From an uncultured Actinomycetes bacterium (GTDB lineage Bacteria; Actinomycetota; UBA4738; CALAEC01), in contig CAZKFH010000001.1 in assembly GCA_964551945.1 (NCBI GenBank), positions 11,036 through 75,035 of the forward strand: a stretch of DNA of 64,000 bases. The letters are read 5' to 3'. Positions 1 to 8,435 of this stretch are shown here, piece after piece. The notes beneath the pieces are model-generated. The model was given only the letters and a program-made list of their open reading frames with translations. It was not told the origin of the DNA and ran no database searches. A program made the translations under genes and the position numbers. Every line of letters starts with the position of its first letter. The stretch's first letter is position 1.

Positions 1-1305
1 TACTACTTGGAAGAGATGCCTGGGACGACAGTGCAAAGCGTCTGGACGGACGTTCTGAAGATTCACCATCTTGCCGACGAGCGACTTGACTATCCAACCC
101 AGAAACCTGAAGCGCTGCTCCAGCGAGTCCTGGAAGGAAGCAGCAACGAGGGCGACCTCGTAGCGGACTTCTTCTGCGGCAGCGGCACAACTGCGGCGGT
201 GGCCGAAAGACTCGGACGTAAGTGGATCGCTGCCGACCTCGGCAAGTTCAGTATCCATACCACGCGCAAGCGGCTCATCCAGGTGCAGCGCGACCGAAAG
301 GGGGAGGGAAAGCCGTTCCGCGCCTTCGAGGTGCTGAACCTCGGTCGGTACGAACGTCAGGTCTATCTGAACGTGAGTTCCGCGCTCCCGAGTAAGGAGC
401 GGGAGAAGGCACTCAGCCGCAAAGAGCAAGACTTTCGCGAACTCATTCTGCGCGCCTACAAGGCGGAGAGGCTCGAAGGTGACTCGTTTTTCCACGGGAA
501 GTTTGGAGCCCGACTGATCGTCGTAGGACCCATCAACCTGCCAGTTGGCCGGCTGTTCGTGGAGGAGGTGATCCTCGAGTGTCGGAAGGTCGGCGTCACG
601 CAGGCGGATATCCTTGCCTTCGAATTCGAGATGGGACTGTTCCCGGCGGTGCTCGACGAGGCCAAGGCGAAGGGCCTTGATCTGGCGCCGAAGACGATTC
701 CACCCGAGGTGTTCGATAAGCGGGCCGTGGACAAAGGGGAAGTGCGCTTCTTCGACGTGAGCTACATCGAGGCCACTCCCCGCTTCTCATCGGATGGGCG
801 CTCCGTAGGCGTCGAGTTGACCGACTTCTCTGTGTATTACAGCCAGGGTGTGGCAAACGAGATCGTCCAGAGCCTTCGCAACGGTAAGTCGGAGGTGATG
901 TGCGAACAGGGGCAACTGGTGAAAATCAGCAAGGACAAGAACGGTGTCATCACCCGTGAGGTTCTAACCAAGGAGTGGACCGACTGGGTGGACTACTGGG
1001 CGGTTGATTTCAACCACGAGAGCCGCAAGGAGATAGTGCGCTTCGCCAAGCGCATCGGTGAAGAAGGGCGGGTACCCGGGGTCGTGGTCGAGGAGGGCGA
1101 GTTCCTGGACTTCGAGGAACGGTGGACAGGCTCCTACATCTTCGAGAACGAATGGCAGAGCTTCCGAACACGCAAGAACCGCGAGCTGGAGCTGACGACT
1201 GCACAGCACACTTACGAGGAGCCCGGCCGCTACGTGATCGCGGTCAAGGTCATCGACATCTTTGGCAACGACACCATGTCACTCGTTCCCATCACCGTTT
1301 CATGA
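1..1305 (+). CDS. Site-specific DNA methyltransferase (N6-A/N4-C, type III Mod-like), 5' end outside window
   Basis: YPTQKPEALL and SAM-binding DFFCGSGTT motifs; frame is open from base 1; long C-terminal extension ending KVIDIFGNDT; catalytic DPPY motif would lie upstream of the window. Confidence 0.85.
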   Translation, partial: YYLEEMPGTTVQSVWTDVLKIHHLADERLDYPTQKPEALLQRVLEGSSNEGDLVADFFCGSGTTAAVAERLGRKWIAADLGKFSIHTTRKRLIQVQRDRKGEGKPFRAFEVLNLGRYERQVYLNVSSALPSKEREKALSRKEQDFRELILRAYKAERLEGDSFFHGKFGARLIVVGPINLPVGRLFVEEVILECRKVGVTQADILAFEFEMGLFPAVLDEAKAKGLDLAPKTIPPEVFDKRAVDKGEVRFFDVSYIEATPRFSSDGRSVGVELTDFSVYYSQGVANEIVQSLRNGKSEVMCEQGQLVKISKDKNGVITREVLTKEWTDWVDYWAVDFNHESRKEIVRFAKRIGEEGRVPGVVVEEGEFLDFEERWTGSYIFENEWQSFRTRKNRELELTTAQHTYEEPGRYVIAVKVIDIFGNDTMSLVPITVS

Positions 1306-1322
1306 TTCTGAATCTCAGCGCC

Positions 1323-2432
1323 CTAAATAAGCACCTTTGGTCGTGTCGGTGCCATTGCGTCCAAGATGCGGTTCACTTGATCCATAGGTAGCGCGGCTTC
1401 GTCGGCAATCTCTTGCAGAGTGAACCCATCTCGCTGAAGTAAAGCGACGGCGTTCCGGAGAACGGAGGGGGATTCCGGTGCCCCCAAGTCACCCGGCTCG
1501 TCTCTTCGCCACCCTTGCGCTGACATCATCTTTGTAGCGCGGATGTAGTCCTCTTCCTTCATGTGTTCCAACGTCCGAGCCCGGTATAGCAATTGAGCAA
1601 TTGAGGTTCCCCACTTTCGCTTTGCTGCCAGAAGAACATCCCATTCCGGGTGGTGCGGAAGGTCGCTGACAACCGATTCGGCGGGAGTCAAGAAAGCGGA
1701 GGCAAAACTGTGAGCCTGTTTCTCGATCACCGGGCTTCCCTCATTGATTGTCCGATGCATAACCAGGTGTCCAAGCTCGTGCGCAGCGTCGAACCTTGAT
1801 CGATCCCGCTTCCCCTTGTCAGCGCAAAAAACAACGATCGGATGAGTTGTGAACGGGACAGAGAAGGCATCCATGCGCTGGTTCTCAAACTCGACCCGGG
1901 CCGCTATGACCCCATGGCGTTCGAGTATTTCAATCATGTTGGCGATGGGCTTATCGGCCGCGATAGTCCACTCCCGGCGCACTTGTGCCGCTATTTGCTC
2001 GATCTCGTCAGGTTCGGTAGTGGGAGATACAGGGTGGTCTGGGATATCCACAGTCGGAAGCTCGATCCGTTTTTCGATCGCTGAAACAAACTGATGAACC
2101 AATTCAACAAAGGCCCGGGCTTGCTGGCGTTCTCGCGAAGATGTCGAGCGAAGACTCCGGAAGGACGCCGGTGGGTCCAGCCAGCTGCGGTTTGCGTGAC
2201 TTGCAAAGAACTGGATAGGAAATCTCAAGGCGGTCGCCAATTCGGCTAGCGTTCGAGTTCGCGGTTTTGCAGCTCCCTGCTCAAACTGGCTTATCGCAGC
2301 TCCACTCAAACCGCCAGCAAGGCTCCCTAGGTGCTGTTGAGAGAATCCGCGAAGCTCTCGAGCCAGGCGCAGCTGCTGGCCATCAAAGAACCGGCGAACA
2401 ACCTCAATTTCCTTGCTGGCGGGAGTCCCCAT
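1323..2432 (-). CDS. XRE-family HTH fused to ImmA/IrrE (DUF955-type) Zn metallopeptidase
   Basis: N-terminal LRLARELRGFSQQHLG...AISQFEQG..KP HTH; RFDAAHELGH (HExxH) followed by E..A..FA..FL.P; start moved to ATG 2432 because the longer ORF would overlap the divergent gene. Confidence 0.9.
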   Translation of the reverse strand: MGTPASKEIEVVRRFFDGQQLRLARELRGFSQQHLGSLAGGLSGAAISQFEQGAAKPRTRTLAELATALRFPIQFFASHANRSWLDPPASFRSLRSTSSRERQQARAFVELVHQFVSAIEKRIELPTVDIPDHPVSPTTEPDEIEQIAAQVRREWTIAADKPIANMIEILERHGVIAARVEFENQRMDAFSVPFTTHPIVVFCADKGKRDRSRFDAAHELGHLVMHRTINEGSPVIEKQAHSFASAFLTPAESVVSDLPHHPEWDVLLAAKRKWGTSIAQLLYRARTLEHMKEEDYIRATKMMSAQGWRRDEPGDLGAPESPSVLRNAVALLQRDGFTLQEIADEAALPMDQVNRILDAMAPTRPKVLI

Positions 2433-2652
2433 GCGTTTCTCGTCAAGTGTAGAGCCTAGAAAGATAGAGGGCCCAAAGTTGGGTACGCGAGCCCCCAAGG
2501 CAGGTTCTGATCCGAATTGCGCCGTGTGGCCGAGTCGAGCGGATTTAGTGCGCCAAATCTGAAGTCTCAGAGCATCCTGAGGCACTATTTCCAAAGCTCT
2601 CGTGGTAAGGTGAGAATGTTCTTGTAAATCGTCTCTAGAGAGGGGATCCAGG

Positions 2653-3663
2653 ATGACTTCCATCGCCAAGCTCTTGGAAGATGCCCGGAAGGAGATCGCC
2701 GTTACGCCTGAGGAGATCGAGGAGGCTCGCCGAAGGAGAGAGCTCGTAGCGGCTGCCCTGAAGGGTGAGTTTCCCGGATCCCGGATCTATTTCAATGGAT
2801 CTCTCGCCCATGGAGATGCCAACGATCCCCTCGCCGACTTCGATATCGGGGTCGTCGTGCCCAACCCTGAGGGGGAGTACGGTCCGAACGGTAGGAGCTC
2901 GGAAGAGCTAAAAGACCGTGCTCGCGACGCAGTAAAGACCGCTCTTGGCGACGAGTTCCCAAATCTGAGGGTCGAGGTCGAAGGCAGGAAGAGGTCGGTC
3001 CTCATCAGATTCTCGGATCCGGTGACAGCGCGAGCGGACGACTTCACTGGGGACATCATTTGTGCTGTCGATCACGAAGACCGCGGGCTCTGGATTCCTA
3101 AGAACGACACTTGGGATCGATCCCACCCCGAGGAACACACTCGCCTAGTGCGGGACGCCATCGATCAGACCGAGGTCGTGTTCGCGCACTCCATAAGGCT
3201 CTTGAAGCACTGGAACGGGCATCACGGCCGGCCTTTCTGCCCCTGGCACATAAAGGCTCTAGCGCTGGATAGCATCACCAAACCTCTTCCTCTCGTTGAA
3301 GCGCTTGAGGCCTTCTTCTCGGAAGCGTTGGCAGGGCTGAAGGAGGGGACTACGCCTGATCCAGCGGGCGTAGGATCGAACATCTCCCCGAATGTGACGC
3401 TGGAGGATGCGCGTAAGAAGCTCAGCCAGGCTCTTGATCACATCCGGGCTGCGAGGGAGGCCGAGGAAGAGGAGCGTCCACTGCGTGCTCAAGCGGAGAT
3501 GGCGTCCGTATTGAAGGACATCGTTCCTGAGCCGGACCCGGGCGCGCTCGCGGACGAAGACCGCAAGACCGAGATAGGTCGGATCTCAGTGGGCGCGTCG
3601 ACGGGCGTGGGCAGTGGAGCAGGAGTTGCCCTGCCTCGCAGCAGGGGGTGGTCTGACCGTTAG
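2653..3663 (+). CDS. SMODS/CD-NTase (cGAS/DncV-like) nucleotidyltransferase
   Basis: Pol-beta motif G49-S50...D62-x-D64 (NGSLAHGDANDPLADFDIG), third acid D134 (FTGDII), then LWIP...W..SHP..H, IRLLKHWN and PDPAG as in SMODS enzymes; Gly-rich C-terminal tail. Confidence 0.8.
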   Translation: MTSIAKLLEDARKEIAVTPEEIEEARRRRELVAAALKGEFPGSRIYFNGSLAHGDANDPLADFDIGVVVPNPEGEYGPNGRSSEELKDRARDAVKTALGDEFPNLRVEVEGRKRSVLIRFSDPVTARADDFTGDIICAVDHEDRGLWIPKNDTWDRSHPEEHTRLVRDAIDQTEVVFAHSIRLLKHWNGHHGRPFCPWHIKALALDSITKPLPLVEALEAFFSEALAGLKEGTTPDPAGVGSNISPNVTLEDARKKLSQALDHIRAAREAEEEERPLRAQAEMASVLKDIVPEPDPGALADEDRKTEIGRISVGASTGVGSGAGVALPRSRGWSDR

Positions 3664-4208
3664 TGCACCCGATCACTGAACGTCTGCTTCTAGGCCGAAG
3701 TCCGCCTCTCGACCCAAGCCCGGGGGCCTGGTACGGAGCCGATCTATCCTTTCTCTATCCCCTCGAGCGAGATGCGCGCCGATCTCTGCCGGAAGAGGTC
3801 ACATGGCGGTACCAGCCGCATGTAGTCAGGTATGTCGTGGAGCAGCTGCACGTCCCTGGCGATCTCGAGACTCACGACCTGACGATCGAGTTCTGGCGAC
3901 AGCCTCCCTACGACACCTACGGCCAAGCACCGATGGACTATCCAAGAGTGTTTACGACTGTCGCGCGGCGTCGCAAGCACGTGTTCGACGATGGCGCGCT
4001 GTGTCTTTGGTATCCATGGGACCCTATTGAGAGACGGTGGACACACGAACTTGGTCTCCTTGTCTTGATAGAGATGGTTAGACGACAACTTCTTCTAGAG
4101 ATGCACTGGTTCCTTACAGGGGACTGGCCCCTCGATGAGGCACCACACGGGCTTTCAGCCGAGCAGCAGCGGGCAGCGGGCGGGGGAGGAAGCGCGAGGA
4201 CAACGTGA
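3663..4208 (+). CDS. Prokaryotic E2 (ubiquitin-conjugating-like) protein
   Basis: YPRVF...H106-VFDDGAL-C114-L...W, ending W..TGDWP.DEAPHG; C114 is the only Cys; GTG start overlaps the NTase stop (TAGTG). Confidence 0.7.
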   Translation: MHPITERLLLGRSPPLDPSPGAWYGADLSFLYPLERDARRSLPEEVTWRYQPHVVRYVVEQLHVPGDLETHDLTIEFWRQPPYDTYGQAPMDYPRVFTTVARRRKHVFDDGALCLWYPWDPIERRWTHELGLLVLIEMVRRQLLLEMHWFLTGDWPLDEAPHGLSAEQQRAAGGGGSARTT

Positions 4209-4783
4209 TACTGACATCGGAATTCCTACGTGGCGTAGCGACACAGAGCGAGTCGCTGTGGAGAGACGTGGCCGGCCCGCTGATCGCTGCCTCTGTTGCG
4301 GCTCTCGTTGCCGTTCTTGGATATCTGTACGAACGGAGGAGCAAGCGCAACGATGATCTTCGCACTCTGTTCAGCGAGGCTCTTCAAGCCGTAGCCGAGT
4401 ACCAAGAGCTTCCCTACCTTGTTCGCCGGCGCTCTGACCAAAGCCCCATGACGCCCGCGGAGTTGATTGCGAAGGCAAGCTCAACACAGACTCAGCTTGA
4501 CTTCTTTGTAGCACGGCTCAATCTCGAGTCGAAGCCCTTGGGTGAGGCTTACTCGTCTCTTGTGCAAGCAGTTCGGCTCGAGACAGGCCCCCAGATCACG
4601 GAAGCATGGCACGAGGCTCGCGTACAAACTGATGACGATGTCCCACTTGGGGTCGCTTACCCACGTGAGAGTGGCGATAGGCAGAAAGCCGCATGCGTCG
4701 AGGGGATGCAGCGGTATCTTCGGAAGTTGCTTCGCCGAAGGGCTTTCGGGAAGACTGACGAAGGGTCGAAGGCGGCCGACTGA
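4205..4783 (+). CDS. Single N-terminal TM helical protein, candidate effector
   Basis: Hydrophobic VAGPLIAASVAALVAVLGYLY followed by ERRSKR and an amphipathic helical domain; GTGA overlap with the E2 stop. Confidence 0.6.
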   Translation: MILTSEFLRGVATQSESLWRDVAGPLIAASVAALVAVLGYLYERRSKRNDDLRTLFSEALQAVAEYQELPYLVRRRSDQSPMTPAELIAKASSTQTQLDFFVARLNLESKPLGEAYSSLVQAVRLETGPQITEAWHEARVQTDDDVPLGVAYPRESGDRQKAACVEGMQRYLRKLLRRRAFGKTDEGSKAAD

Positions 4784-4900
4784 CTCGGGGATCGGTTCGA
4801 GGTCTAGAGGTGCTCAAACATTCACTCTCGCTAACTTCGCCTGCCCACTACCCACACGCTCTTTCGTGAGAGGACCCCGCGCAGGTGGGGTGGGGAGTCT

Positions 4901-5815
4901 TCATCGTGCGGGCTGGGAGTCGCGTGCTTTTGGAGTCGATTGTTCGACGACCCTGAAGAGGGCGGCAAGATCCTGCGCCCCGAGGCCAAGCTCGCAGGCA
5001 TCCCGGAACATCGCTGAGGCAGCCGGCATGAGCGTGAGCGTCAGCCCGGCTTCGGCAACGAGCTGAGCGACGAGCTCTTGCGGTTCGGTGAGGCCGCCAA
5101 TTGTGGCCTCTGACGTGTCCAGAAGGTCGTCGCGGAGGCGACTGAGGCTGCGGTTCAGCATGGCGCTTGCGCCCCACCCCGAGTTGAGGACCTCCGAGGC
5201 GGCCTCGATCGGCAGTCCCAGCCGTCGGATCATCGCAGCGGCTTCGGCGGCAGCGGCCACGTGACAGCTCACTAGGAGCTGGTTCACGAGCTTCAGCTGC
5301 AGGCCGGTCCCTGTCCCTCCGATGTGGCTGACGCGGGCCGCGTACGCGTGCAGGATGTCGGACACCTCCGCGGCAGCGGCGGCGGGCCCTCCGATCATCG
5401 TGGTGAGCTGGCCCGAGGCTGCAGCTTCGGGCCCACCGGTGACCGGAGCGTCGAGGAAGGCGGCGCCTCGCTGCTCCAACGTCGCGGCCAGATCTCTGGC
5501 GAGTTCCGGCGCGAACGTGCCGTGCTCCACGTAGACCTGACCCGGGCGGCTGGCGCCCACCAGTCCGCCGTCCGCCGTGTAGACGTGTCCGACCGCGTCG
5601 CTGTTGAGCAGGCACCCAATGATCACCTGAGCACGCTCGGCCACCTCGGAAGGAGTCGTGACGATGATCGCTCCCGCGCGCTCGACGTCTGCGGCTCGCT
5701 CGGGTGTCCGGTTATAGGCAACGAGTGGATAGCCGGCGTCGAGAAGTCTCAGGGCCATCCGGGAGCCCATCGCCCCGAGGCCGACGAATCCGACGACGGG
5801 CTGCTTCCGGCTCAT
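4901..5815 (-). CDS. NAD(P)-dependent beta-hydroxyacid dehydrogenase (3-hydroxyisobutyrate DH family)
   Basis: GFVGLGAMG Rossmann motif, DAPVTGG, KLVNQ catalytic Lys. Confidence 0.9.
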   Translation of the reverse strand: MSRKQPVVGFVGLGAMGSRMALRLLDAGYPLVAYNRTPERAADVERAGAIIVTTPSEVAERAQVIIGCLLNSDAVGHVYTADGGLVGASRPGQVYVEHGTFAPELARDLAATLEQRGAAFLDAPVTGGPEAAASGQLTTMIGGPAAAAAEVSDILHAYAARVSHIGGTGTGLQLKLVNQLLVSCHVAAAAEAAAMIRRLGLPIEAASEVLNSGWGASAMLNRSLSRLRDDLLDTSEATIGGLTEPQELVAQLVAEAGLTLTLMPAASAMFRDACELGLGAQDLAALFRVVEQSTPKARDSQPAR

Positions 5816-6711
5816 GGGGCCGTGATGAGATTGTCGGTCTCACCGAGGCCCGTGATGGACATGCGGATCCTGTCGCCAGGCTGAAGGAATCGTGGCGGGT
5901 CCATCTTCGCCCCGACACCGGCCGGCGTGCCGGTGAGGAAGATGTCGCCGGGGCGCAGCCGAAAGACGGCACTGACGCTCTCGACCAGTCCGGCCACATC
6001 GACAACCATGTCGCTCGTGTTCCCCTTCTGACGTAGCTCGTCGTTGACCCACATCTGCACCTCGAGAGATTGGGGGTCGGGAACTTCGTCAGCGGTCAGC
6101 AACCAGGGTCCGCACGGGCTTGATCCGTCGAAACCCTTGGCGCGGCCCATCTGAACGTGCATCCATGGTTCGCCGGCTGGGAGGATCAGGTCGCGCGCCG
6201 TCATGTCCTGGATGTTCATGTAACCGGCGACGTGGTCCATGGCGGCCGCTCGCTCGATGTGACGGCCGGCCTTTCCGATCACGACTGCCATCTCCGCCTC
6301 GTAGTCGAGCTCGGCGGTGGCAGCGGGTCTGATGACGGGGTCGTATGGGCCGATGAGGTTGGTCGTGGGCTTGGACACGATGATGGGCTGCAGGGGTGGC
6401 TTGCCGTCATTCATCGCGGCCATCTCCTTCACGTGACTGTGGAAGTTGCCCCCGATGACGATTAGAGACCGGGGCGCAGGAACCGGCGGTCCGAGCCGGA
6501 CCTCCGAACGCTGCACGCGTGGCGTGCCGCGATCACCGGTGAGCTCCTCGATCAGGGGGCGGAGGAAGGGGAGGAGTCCGAGGACGGCGTTCATGTCGGC
6601 GCCCGGAAGCCCGAGGTCACCGAGCATCCTGCTGAGCGGAACGATGGTGTCGTCGTCGATGAGCACGCCTGGTTGTTCGCTGCCGCTCACACCGAAACTG
6701 ACTAGCCTCAT
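5812..6711 (-). CDS. Fumarylacetoacetate hydrolase family protein
   Basis: LDYEAEMAVVIGK, DMTARD, RAKGFD, GDIFLTGTPAGVG. Confidence 0.9.
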   Translation of the reverse strand: MRLVSFGVSGSEQPGVLIDDDTIVPLSRMLGDLGLPGADMNAVLGLLPFLRPLIEELTGDRGTPRVQRSEVRLGPPVPAPRSLIVIGGNFHSHVKEMAAMNDGKPPLQPIIVSKPTTNLIGPYDPVIRPAATAELDYEAEMAVVIGKAGRHIERAAAMDHVAGYMNIQDMTARDLILPAGEPWMHVQMGRAKGFDGSSPCGPWLLTADEVPDPQSLEVQMWVNDELRQKGNTSDMVVDVAGLVESVSAVFRLRPGDIFLTGTPAGVGAKMDPPRFLQPGDRIRMSITGLGETDNLITAP

Positions 6712-8435
6712 CTGACCTCCAAGGCCGTCTGGGATTCCTCCGCCGCCGGCGACGTCGCCGAGGCGGGCACGCTCAAGAAGTCGAAGTCGCAGCCATGGTT
6801 GGCCTGCGTGACGTGCAGTGCGTAGAGCCGACGATAGCCGCGGTCGGGGAGTGAGGGGTCCGGCGTCCGTGCCTGGCTGCGACGGGCGAGCTCGGCCTCG
6901 TCCACCAACAGCTCGAGGCGGCCCTCGTCGACATCGACCTCGATCAGATCGCCGTCCTGCACCAGGCCGAGCGGACCACCCACGGCCGCCTCCGGGGCGA
7001 CATGGAGGATGACCGTTCCGCCCGATGTCCCACTCATCCGGGCATCCGAGATGCGCACTATGTCGCGCACCCCGGCCTCATACAGCTTTGCCGGGATCGG
7101 AATGGCTCCCACCTCAGGCATGCCGGGTCCTCCGACCGGCCCCACGCCCCGAAGCACGAGCACGCTCTGCTCGGTCGCGGGAAGGTCGGGATCGTGCACA
7201 CGGGCGCGCAGGTCGGCGAGCCCGTCGAAGACGACCGCGGGACCGACGTGGGAGAGCAACTGCGGCGATCCGGCACTTCTCTTGATCACCGCACCACCCG
7301 GTGCCAGGTTGCCACGCAGCAGCGAGATGGCACCGCGGGGGTCGACCGGCTCGGCACCACGGGCCAGAGCCCGCGGGGCGGACGGCGGCAGGGATTCGAC
7401 GGTTGCCGCCCAGGTGGTTCCGTCGGCCGTGCGCCGGTCGAGCTGCCACACGTCCCGCAGCTCACGGGCGATGGCGCGCACACCTCCTTCTGCGTGCAGG
7501 TCCGCCAACTCGAACGGTCCGTTGGGCTTGACGCGCGCGAGCGTTGGGGTCGTCCGGCCGATGTCCCGGAGCTCGTCCCAGTTGACGTCGATCCCGGCCC
7601 GTCCGGCCAGCGCCTGCAGATGGATGATCGCATTCGTCGAACCTCCGACGGCGCAGACCAGCCGCCACGCATCGTGCAGGGCGGCGCGTGTCACAAGCTC
7701 ACGGGGACGCCTGCCTTCTTTCGTCGCCCTGACGGCCTGCCGCCCCGTCTCTTCGGCCAGCGCGAGGCGTTCGTCAGAGCCGGCAGGTATCAGCGCGCTG
7801 CCCGGGAGTGCGAACCCCAAGACCTCAGCCATCATCGCGAGCGTGATCGCGGTGCCGAGCACGTTGCAGACGCCGGGTCCGGGGCTCAGGCAGCCTTCCA
7901 GCTCATCCCAGTCCGTGTCGCTGATGGCTCCGGCGCGACGCTCGTCGTTCAGGCGCCATGAGTCGTCGATGGTCAGCGTCTGCCCTTGCCAGTTGCCCGG
8001 GGGGCGGTGACCGGACCCCAGTAGGAGCGCGGGCTTGTTCGCGCTCAATGCGCCCATCATCTGGGCAGCGACGGTCTTGTCGCATCCGTTGAGGAGCACG
8101 ACTCCGTCGACCGGACTGGCACTGATCATCTCCTCGACATCCATTGCCATGAGATTGCGCAGCAACATCGTCGTCGGGTGCACGAACGCCTCGGAGAGCG
8201 AGATGGTGGGGAACTCGAGCGGAAGACCCCCCGCCTCGCGGACGCCATGTTTGACACGCGCCGACAGGTCGCGCAAAGGCATGTTGCACGGGTTGAGCTC
8301 GCTCCAGCTCGTGCAGATGCCGATGACGGGTCGCCGGCGCACCTCCGACGACGTCAGCCCTCCGGAGCGGAGAAAGGAGCGAGCAGCGAAGCCTTCATCC
8401 CCGTCCAGCTTGGTGCTGTCTGCGGGCTCCCTCAC
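6708..8435 (-). CDS. IlvD/Edd-family dehydratase (sugar-acid dehydratase-like)
   Basis: SELNPCN, GCDKT, GVCNVLGTA, GGSTNAIIHL, ISDARMSGT, HVAPEA motifs. Confidence 0.9.
   Translation of the reverse strand: MREPADSTKLDGDEGFAARSFLRSGGLTSSEVRRRPVIGICTSWSELNPCNMPLRDLSARVKHGVREAGGLPLEFPTISLSEAFVHPTTMLLRNLMAMDVEEMISASPVDGVVLLNGCDKTVAAQMMGALSANKPALLLGSGHRPPGNWQGQTLTIDDSWRLNDERRAGAISDTDWDELEGCLSPGPGVCNVLGTAITLAMMAEVLGFALPGSALIPAGSDERLALAEETGRQAVRATKEGRRPRELVTRAALHDAWRLVCAVGGSTNAIIHLQALAGRAGIDVNWDELRDIGRTTPTLARVKPNGPFELADLHAEGGVRAIARELRDVWQLDRRTADGTTWAATVESLPPSAPRALARGAEPVDPRGAISLLRGNLAPGGAVIKRSAGSPQLLSHVGPAVVFDGLADLRARVHDPDLPATEQSVLVLRGVGPVGGPGMPEVGAIPIPAKLYEAGVRDIVRISDARMSGTSGGTVILHVAPEAAVGGPLGLVQDGDLIEVDVDEGRLELLVDEAELARRSQARTPDPSLPDRGYRRLYALHVTQANHGCDFDFLSVPASATSPAAEESQTALEVR

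Noticed and set aside
2433-2669. N-terminal extension of the HTH-ImmA ORF and a 43-codon plus-strand ORF from 2431 as a possible ubiquitin-like modifier
   Set aside because: The extension overlaps the divergent NTase start; the small ORF has no beta-grasp features or terminal Gly; the region is better read as a promoter
4838-4897. Possible terminator hairpins between convergent genes
   Set aside because: Several weak alternative pairings and no clear stem or U-tract; cannot be supported without folding
6708-8435. Calling this gene ilvD of branched-chain biosynthesis
   Set aside because: Catabolic context and the SELNPCN/SDARMSGT signature fit sugar-acid dehydratases; symbol withheld
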